This document shows positions 57,896 to 64,000 of a stretch of 64,000 nt of DNA, in pieces; positions within the stretch are counted from its first letter, which is position 1, and every line of letters starts with the position of its first letter. The DNA is from Gemmatales bacterium (lineage in GTDB: Bacteria; Planctomycetota; Planctomycetia; Gemmatales; HRBIN36). Both the position numbers and the translations under genes were made by a program. The notes beneath the pieces were generated by a model. It was not told the origin of the DNA and did no database searches. It worked only from the letters and a program-made list of their open reading frames with translations. The stretch lies in contig JBEPZY010000001.1 of the NCBI GenBank assembly GCA_041640595.1, positions 448,001-512,000 of the forward strand. Direction: 5' to 3'.

Positions 57896-58837
57896 ATGGC
57901 TGACGAGCTGGAGACAGTTGCCCGGATGCAACCAGACGCAGTGCCCGCACATAGCTGCCAAATAACTAGCGAACAAGGGCACCGGAACTCATCGCCCGGA
58001 GCGATCCGGCAAGTGAGAACCGCGTGCGCTGACCACGGACTGAGTGAAAGCGTGAACGCCTCCGCAGACGCTGAGCAAACCACTGCCGAAGCTCCACCGC
58101 CACTTGTGCGCATTATCGAAGCCTTGTGTTTCGTCGAAGGCAGGCCCGTTACCGCTCACCGAGCGGGAGAGGTTATTGCCGGTTTGACGGAGGAACAATT
58201 TCACCAGGCGGTGGCAGAATTGCAAAAGCGTTATCGCGAGCAGGGCCGTCCTTATGCTTTTGTGCGACAGGGCGAAGGTTACCTGCTTACCATACGGCCG
58301 CAGTACCGGTATCTGATAGAGCGTCTTTACGGGCAGAAGAAAGAAGCGGTTTTATCGCTAGCGGCCATCGAAGTGCTGGCGATTATCGCCTATCGGCAGC
58401 CAGTCACCCGCAGTACCATCGAAGCACTGCGCGGGCGCGATAGCACTGCGGCACTGCGGCAATTGTTGCGGCGTGGCCTGATAGCCGTGCAACCTGCCAG
58501 CGTAAGCGCATCCGCTGCCAACACCATGACACCAGTTGCCGGAGCTTTGCCGAACAGCGAGTCGGATGGCGAAGCAGCAAATAGCCAACCTTTGCAGGCG
58601 ACTTCGTCACCGAACACATCGCAAGCAATTGCCCAGTCGGTGGCCGATAGCGGTGATGGTAAGCAGGGCGATGATCCGGTGCCGGCAGGAAGACGAAACC
58701 AGGCGGCAGAGAAGGTGGGAGAATCCCCCAGAAACAGGCGAGAACAATGCTACGTTACAACGCGGCGATTCCTGGAAGTTTTTGGCCTGCGTGATCTCAG
58801 CGACCTGCCACGCACCGATGATTTACAGATTCTGTAA
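57896..58837 (+). CDS. scpB: SMC-ScpAB complex subunit ScpB (with an internal low-complexity insertion)
   Basis: IIEALCF, LSLAAIEVLAIIAYRQPVTR..IEALRG, YVTTRRFLEVFGL..LSDLP. Confidence 0.9.
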   Translation: MADELETVARMQPDAVPAHSCQITSEQGHRNSSPGAIRQVRTACADHGLSESVNASADAEQTTAEAPPPLVRIIEALCFVEGRPVTAHRAGEVIAGLTEEQFHQAVAELQKRYREQGRPYAFVRQGEGYLLTIRPQYRYLIERLYGQKKEAVLSLAAIEVLAIIAYRQPVTRSTIEALRGRDSTAALRQLLRRGLIAVQPASVSASAANTMTPVAGALPNSESDGEAANSQPLQATSSPNTSQAIAQSVADSGDGKQGDDPVPAGRRNQAAEKVGESPRNRREQCYVTTRRFLEVFGLRDLSDLPRTDDLQIL

Positions 58838-58942
58838 TCGGCCAGCCGCCGGCAGGTACGCAGCTTGCGATTGAACTGTACGCGAAGCGGTTGCAGCGTA
58901 GAATATGGCAACTGCCTGGCTGTCGGGATGGTTTGCGATGAT

Positions 58943-59014
58943 GCCGGCGTAGCTCAACGGCAGAGCACCGCTTTCGTAAAGCGGGGGTTGTGGGTTCAAA
59001 TCCCACCGCCGGCT
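58943..59014 (+). tRNA. tRNA-Thr (anticodon CGT)
   Basis: GCCGGCGTAGCTCAACGGCAGAGCACCGCT-TTCGTAA-AGCGG...GTGGGTTCAAATCCCACCGCCGGCT; no encoded CCA. Confidence 0.96.
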
Positions 59015-59319
59015 CTTTGCTGCAAAAGTATATCGCAGTTGCTTGCGTCTGAGCATTGTCTTGGTGCAGCTTGTTGCCCGGTGGATTGTTTTCACGCTGC
59101 GGTTTGACGCTGGCAGCGCCAGTCGGGCAGTTCGCAGCTCTACCTCTACTTTCTGCCGGATGATGAACGAAGGCGTTATGCAGGTTTGTACAGGAGAATT
59201 GCGTGCGGCGGACGCTGCTAAGGAAACCTGGTTTCGCAGTTATTCCATACCCGGCGAAGCTCGCTACAATGTGATGCGAGAAAAAGTCGCAAAACGGATT
59301 ACCAGCGATGAGGGACGGC

Positions 59320-60249
59320 ATGAAACTGGGCAAGAGCACACGGGAGGCATTTGGTTTGGCTTTAGCTGAGCTCGGCGAGCGTGATCCTGACGTCGTTGTT
59401 CTGGATGGCGATGTGCACAATTCGACACGCACCGAACATTTCGCGCGGCGGTTTCCGGAGCGGTTTTTCAACGTTGGCATTGCGGAATCGAATCTGGTAA
59501 GCGTGGCCAGCGGTTTGGCAGCCAGTGGTAAGCGGCCCTGGCTGGCAAGTTTCGCCTGCTTCGTGATGTGCAACGCTTTTGACCAGTTGCGCATGTCGGT
59601 GGCGTTCCCGGCTCTGGATGTCAAGGTAGTCGGTAGCCATGCTGGAATTTCCATCGGCGAGGACGGTCCGTCGCAGATGGGTATCGAAGACGTGGCGTTG
59701 GCGTGCGTTTTGCCAAACTTTACCGTCGTGGTTCCAGCCGATGAACACAGCACCCGTCAGGCGGTTTTTGCACTGGCACAAGAGCGAGGCCCGGCTTACC
59801 TGCGCGTGGGCCGACCTAATGTTCCGATTGTTTACCCGGAAAATCCTCCGTTTCGCCTGGGCAAAGCGAATTTGCTCCGCGATGGCCAGGACGCAACGAT
59901 CATCGCCAATGGTCTCATGGTAGCGGCAGCGTTGCAGGCGGCGGAAGAGCTAGCTCAGCAGGGCATTCGGACGCGGGTGCTCGACATGCATACGGTCAAG
60001 CCAATTGATCACGAGGCCATCGTGCAGGCAGCACGACAGACCGGTCGCATTGTCGTGGCGGAGGAACATCTCAAACACGGTGGCCTGGGGAGTGCAGTAG
60101 CGCAGGTCGTTGTGGAACATTGCCCGGTACCGATGCGGTTTGTGGCTCTGAACGATACCTACGCCGAATCGGGTTCGCCGGAAGATTTACTGCGCAAGTA
60201 TGGACTGACCGCGGCGGACATAGTGCGGGCGGTTCGCAACCTCCTGTGA
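59320..60249 (+). CDS. Transketolase family, C-terminal (pyrimidine-binding + C-terminal) subunit
   Basis: TREAFG, RFFNVGIAESN, GEDGPSQ, GPAYLR, TVKPID, EEH...GGLGSAV. Confidence 0.93.
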   Translation: MKLGKSTREAFGLALAELGERDPDVVVLDGDVHNSTRTEHFARRFPERFFNVGIAESNLVSVASGLAASGKRPWLASFACFVMCNAFDQLRMSVAFPALDVKVVGSHAGISIGEDGPSQMGIEDVALACVLPNFTVVVPADEHSTRQAVFALAQERGPAYLRVGRPNVPIVYPENPPFRLGKANLLRDGQDATIIANGLMVAAALQAAEELAQQGIRTRVLDMHTVKPIDHEAIVQAARQTGRIVVAEEHLKHGGLGSAVAQVVVEHCPVPMRFVALNDTYAESGSPEDLLRKYGLTAADIVRAVRNLL

Positions 60250-60344
60250 TTCGGACGGGGAAACTCGCTGCCTAAAATGATGTTGGACACAGCAGGCATT
60301 GCCCTGTGGAACTCGTGCTGGCCTGACCCCTACCGGTAAGAGCA

Positions 60345-61163
60345 ATGGACTGGCACCGTGTCAATGTGGTTTGCTTTAGTGCAAGCTACGGCGTGGCCTG
60401 GCTGGCGGAACTCTTACGTTTATGGAAGCCGGACTGGAAACCTTTGCGACTGATCGCCATAACTTTCATGGCAGCGGGGCTGCTGGCACATTCGCTTTAC
60501 CTCGCGGTGCGCTGGTCACCCCCGCCTGGAGAAGCCCGCTCGTTGTTGTGGCTGGGCTGGATAGTTGCCTTTCTGGGTTTGTATGGTGCAGTGCATTACC
60601 GGCGGATTGCGTGGGCCCTTTTTGTGTTGCCTGTGGTGCTGGGTTTGATCGGATTAGCCAGCGGTTTCGCCGGCGGTCAGGGTCTTCCGGAAATGTTTGG
60701 GCCGCTGGATAGCTGGCTGGTTACTGCTCACGTGGCGCTGCTGGTGCTGGGCGGGGTAGGGGTGTGTGTCAGTTTCATCGCCAGCCTGATGTATCTGGTG
60801 CAATCGTGGCGGTTGCGGCACAAGCAGCCTCTGGACGATCGGTTGCGGCTGTTGAGTCTGGAGCGGTTGGAAGCGATGATTCGGCACGGAGTCGCCTGGG
60901 CCTTTCCTCTGTGGACTGCCGGCGTGGTGATGGGGCTGATCTTGCTGATACCCCGGCAGCATTGGAGTTGGGTGGACCCCAAGGTGCTCAGCGGGCTGTT
61001 GTTGGTAGCGGTGTTCGTGCTGCTTCTGGACCTGCGTTATCGCAAACATGAGCGTGGCCGGAGATTTGCATGGGGAGCCATTTTGGCGTTCGTGTTGTTG
61101 TTACTGGCCCTGAGCATCGAGACGTTCGCTCCTAGCTGGCATCGGTTTGGAGGAGGCTCATGA
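60345..61163 (+). CDS. CcsA/HemX-like cytochrome c assembly family membrane protein
   Basis: About 8 TM helices, conserved His (AHV), MYLVQ..RL..K, LERLE, WVDPK; coupled to hemA. Confidence 0.85.
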   Translation: MDWHRVNVVCFSASYGVAWLAELLRLWKPDWKPLRLIAITFMAAGLLAHSLYLAVRWSPPPGEARSLLWLGWIVAFLGLYGAVHYRRIAWALFVLPVVLGLIGLASGFAGGQGLPEMFGPLDSWLVTAHVALLVLGGVGVCVSFIASLMYLVQSWRLRHKQPLDDRLRLLSLERLEAMIRHGVAWAFPLWTAGVVMGLILLIPRQHWSWVDPKVLSGLLLVAVFVLLLDLRYRKHERGRRFAWGAILAFVLLLLALSIETFAPSWHRFGGGS

Positions 61164-62470
61164 ACGTTACCGTAATTGGAGCAAACCACCGCACCATGCC
61201 GATGGCTTTGCGAGAACGGCTTGCCATTGGCCGGGATCGGCTTCCGAGATTGCTCGCCGATTTGCAGAGCCGATTTGCTGCTGAAGTGGTCGTGCTCAGC
61301 ACGTGCAATCGGGTCGAAATATATCTGGCTGGATTGTCCGACGAATCATTGCCCGATAAGTCTGCGCTGGCAGTGTGGTTCGCCGAATACCTGACGGCTG
61401 GTGGTTCGCCTGCATCTGGCGCCAGCGGAATAGCGCCGGCGGAGCTGCAAACCTATCTTTACCAGCACCAACAGCGCGAGGCAGTGCGACATTTGTTCCG
61501 CGTTGCCTGCGGTCTTGACAGCCTGGTTGTTGGCGAGGATCAGATCGCCAATCAGGTGAAATCGGCATACGAACAGGCACAGCAAGTCGGGACGGTTGGG
61601 CCGGTGTTACACGCGCTGTTCCAGCAGGCGCGCGTCGTCAGCAAGCGAGTACGGCGAGAGACCGGGATTGCCCACGGGAAAATGTCGGTGGCCAGTTTAG
61701 GATTGGACTATTTGCGGCAGGTTTTTGCGAGTTTCCGCGACAAGACGGTTTTGTTGCTCGGTGCCGGTAAGATCGGGGAATTGACGCTGAAGCATTTGCT
61801 GGAATTACGGCCCCGGCGAGTGCTGGTTTGCAACCGTAGCGTTGACAAAGCACTTGCCCTGGCACGCACTTATCGGGGCGAAGTCTGGCCCTGGGAGCAA
61901 CTCGACGAGGCTCTGGTAGAGGCGGACATTGTTTTGAGCTGCACCGGAGCACCCGAGGCGATAGTAACGCGGCCACGGTTTGAGAAAGTGCTGCCGCGTC
62001 GGCTGGGGCGGCATGTGGCCATTCTCGACCTGGCAGTACCGCGTGATTTCGACCCGGCTATCGCCGATCTCGAAGAAGTGGACCTCTTGCTCAACGTGGA
62101 TGACCTCAACCGTATCCGCGACGAGGTGTTGCGCGAACGGCTCAAGCATGTTCCAGCGGCGGAGGCACTGGTGCAAAGCGAAACCGATGCATTTCTCGCC
62201 AGCTGGTCGCGTCGCAGTCTCGGCCCTGCCATCACCAGACTCTGTCAGGAGTGGGAGCGGATTCGCCTGGAGGTGCAGCAACAGTGCCTGAGCCGGCTCA
62301 ACGGCAAGTTAACACCCGAAGACATGGCGATTATCGAGGGAGCTTTTCGCTTGCTGCAGAACAAATATCTTCACGTTCCCCTGAGCGCTCTGCGTGAGGA
62401 AGCGCAACAAGGCGGGCGATTGCTCGAAGCGCTTCTGCGATTGTTTAAGCTGGACCGCGGTTCGGAATGA
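61160..62470 (+). CDS. hemA: Glutamyl-tRNA reductase
   Basis: GANHRT, LSTCNRVE, HLFRVACGLDS.VVGE.QI, GAGKIG, DLAVPRD. Confidence 0.97.
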   Translation: MNVTVIGANHRTMPMALRERLAIGRDRLPRLLADLQSRFAAEVVVLSTCNRVEIYLAGLSDESLPDKSALAVWFAEYLTAGGSPASGASGIAPAELQTYLYQHQQREAVRHLFRVACGLDSLVVGEDQIANQVKSAYEQAQQVGTVGPVLHALFQQARVVSKRVRRETGIAHGKMSVASLGLDYLRQVFASFRDKTVLLLGAGKIGELTLKHLLELRPRRVLVCNRSVDKALALARTYRGEVWPWEQLDEALVEADIVLSCTGAPEAIVTRPRFEKVLPRRLGRHVAILDLAVPRDFDPAIADLEEVDLLLNVDDLNRIRDEVLRERLKHVPAAEALVQSETDAFLASWSRRSLGPAITRLCQEWERIRLEVQQQCLSRLNGKLTPEDMAIIEGAFRLLQNKYLHVPLSALREEAQQGGRLLEALLRLFKLDRGSE

Positions 62471-63116
62471 ACCGGCACAGTGGCCCACACCGACACCGCG
62501 TCCAAGAATTCAGCAGACAGCGCGGGCACAGTTTGGAACGATAGCACACACCGGAGCGAGTATATCTGTTCTGCGGCAGCCCCAAGCCTGAATTGGGCAT
62601 CTCTGGTGCCGACGAGTTACACGGGGGCGGTAAGGCGAGCCGATGTCTAATTGCGGTGAGGCAGGGGAATTCCGCAGCGGATGAAAGTGCCACTGCGGTC
62701 GGCAGGGAATGCCGACCCTGTCGGGCAAAGCGGCAGATAGTGATACCTGCTCCGCAAGATTCTACAGCTTTCCCTGGCGACCCAGGTGGGCGCCGTGGTG
62801 GCAACAGGACTTGCCTGGCCGCTTGACCCTACCCCTGTTCCCCGAGGCGAGGCCGATCCGCGGACCGGATCGGCTTCGTGCTTTAAGGACTACTCCCGTA
62901 GTTGCAAGGATAGCTCCGTTAGTTGCCTGGACTGGCGTGCGATAAGCCTATAACCGGCCTCAACACCGATGCCGCGAAAATTGCCGTTGCCGTTTCCCCA
63001 CTTCCCTGGCTATAAGCGAGCAAGGCCTGGCGCAGATGAATGCTGGTGGTGATACAACATGGTCGGGTATCGCCAGGCAGGCACCTGGTTGGCGCGGGCA
63101 GCTGGAGACAAAGATC

Positions 63117-64000
63117 ATGGCCGAGGACAACCTTGGCAATCAGACTTGCGAAGAGCAGGCCGCACGGCACGTGCCGGTGCTCTTGCAAGCGGTGCTGGAG
63201 TATCTGAATCCCCAACCGGGACAATGCATCGCAGACGTTACCGTTGGTGCTGGAGGCCACGCCGTGGCCATTGCGGAACGAATCGGCCCGAACGGAACAC
63301 TGCTGGCCATTGATCAGGACCCAACCATGCTGGCAATCGCGCAACGGCGGAACTATCCCTGTCGCGTGCTCTGGCGGCATAGCCGGTTCGAACACCTGGA
63401 CGAAATTCTGCGGGAAACAGGCCTGGGCCGACTCGACGGCGTGCTGGCTGATCTGGGATTTGCCAGTGACCAGCTGGCAGACCCTAAGCGTGGTTTCAGT
63501 TTCCAGCAAGATGGCCCTCTGGATATGCGGTTGGATCCGACCTCGAACCGACCCACCGCTGCTGATTTGCTCCAACGCCTGAGCGAACGGGAACTGGCGG
63601 ATATTCTCTGGCGCTACGGGGAGGAACGGTTCAGCCGTCGCATTGCCCGTCGCATTGTGCAGGTGCGGCAACGCCAGCCGTTACGCACCACTTTTCAGCT
63701 AGCTGAACTGGTGCGCTCCTGTGTACCGCGGGGAGCTGGGCGTATCGATCCCGCCACCCGCACTTTTCAAGCTCTGCGCATCGCCGTCAACGACGAACTC
63801 GGAGCGCTGCAACAATTCCTCGCTGTCTTGCCCGATTGCCTTCGCGGTGGCAGACGGGCGGTCATTATCAGCTTCCATTCCCTCGAAGACCGACTGGTGA
63901 AACGGGCCTTCCGCCAAAAAGAGTTGTGGATCGAGCTCACGAAAAAGCCGGTACGCCCGCAAGCGGCAGAAATTCAGGCTAACCCTCGGGCGCGCAGCGC
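63117..64000 (+). CDS. rsmH: 16S rRNA (cytosine1402-N4)-methyltransferase; runs off the right edge
   Basis: Manual translation from ATG 63117: HVPVLL, DVTVGAGGH, DLG, RGFSF..DGPLDMR, YGEE, PATRTFQALRIAVNDEL, ISFHSLEDRLVK, NPRARS. Confidence 0.96.
   Translation, partial: MAEDNLGNQTCEEQAARHVPVLLQAVLEYLNPQPGQCIADVTVGAGGHAVAIAERIGPNGTLLAIDQDPTMLAIAQRRNYPCRVLWRHSRFEHLDEILRETGLGRLDGVLADLGFASDQLADPKRGFSFQQDGPLDMRLDPTSNRPTAADLLQRLSERELADILWRYGEERFSRRIARRIVQVRQRQPLRTTFQLAELVRSCVPRGAGRIDPATRTFQALRIAVNDELGALQQFLAVLPDCLRGGRRAVIISFHSLEDRLVKRAFRQKELWIELTKKPVRPQAAEIQANPRARS

Noticed and set aside
58797..59753. 318-aa minus-strand ORF
   Set aside because: Antisense to tRNA-Thr and the transketolase subunit, with no recognisable motifs.
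62650..62760. Cobalamin riboswitch or RNase P RNA (GGGAA, GAAAGTGCCAC, GCCACTG words)
   Set aside because: The other required conserved blocks and their order are missing; only isolated short words match.

Overview
Chromosomal window from a roughly 55-60% GC bacterium, almost certainly Planctomycetota and probably Gemmatales-like. This is inferred from the DUF1559 prepilin-like gene, the planctomycete cytochrome-c/WD40 and PPC-domain proteins, and the PQQ-like propellers. Most of it is ordinary: a DinG/YoaA helicase, pncB, ispH, truB, def-fmt-rsmB, scpB, a transketolase C-terminal subunit, ccsA-hemA, a partial rsmH, two tRNAs (Leu-TAA, Thr-CGT), an ECF sigma/anti-sigma pair and many exported hypotheticals. 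I saw no CRISPR array, transposase, integrase or prophage. The most interesting items are: (1) a 76-aa MoaD/ThiS-type ubiquitin-like domain fused through its Gly-Gly to a MazG-like pyrophosphohydrolase; (2) a 1.2k-aa fusion of three helical repeats, a radical SAM/SPASM domain and a GT-B-like domain; (3) a c-di-AMP (ydaO) riboswitch with an expanded P5 arm and a possible leader ORF, upstream of an APC permease-USP fusion; (4) two candidate secretion/metal-monitoring leader proteins (N-terminal hydrophobic segment, Cys clusters, C-terminal PPP or RLPP), one heading a DUF1559-PQQ cassette and one heading a carbonic anhydrase-SulP operon; (5) a DUF1080/prenyltransferase-barrel fusion; (6) several paired intergenic direct repeats with a period of about 70 bp. 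Family calls come from motif recognition by eye, not from database searches. GC values are hand counts of single 60-nt lines.
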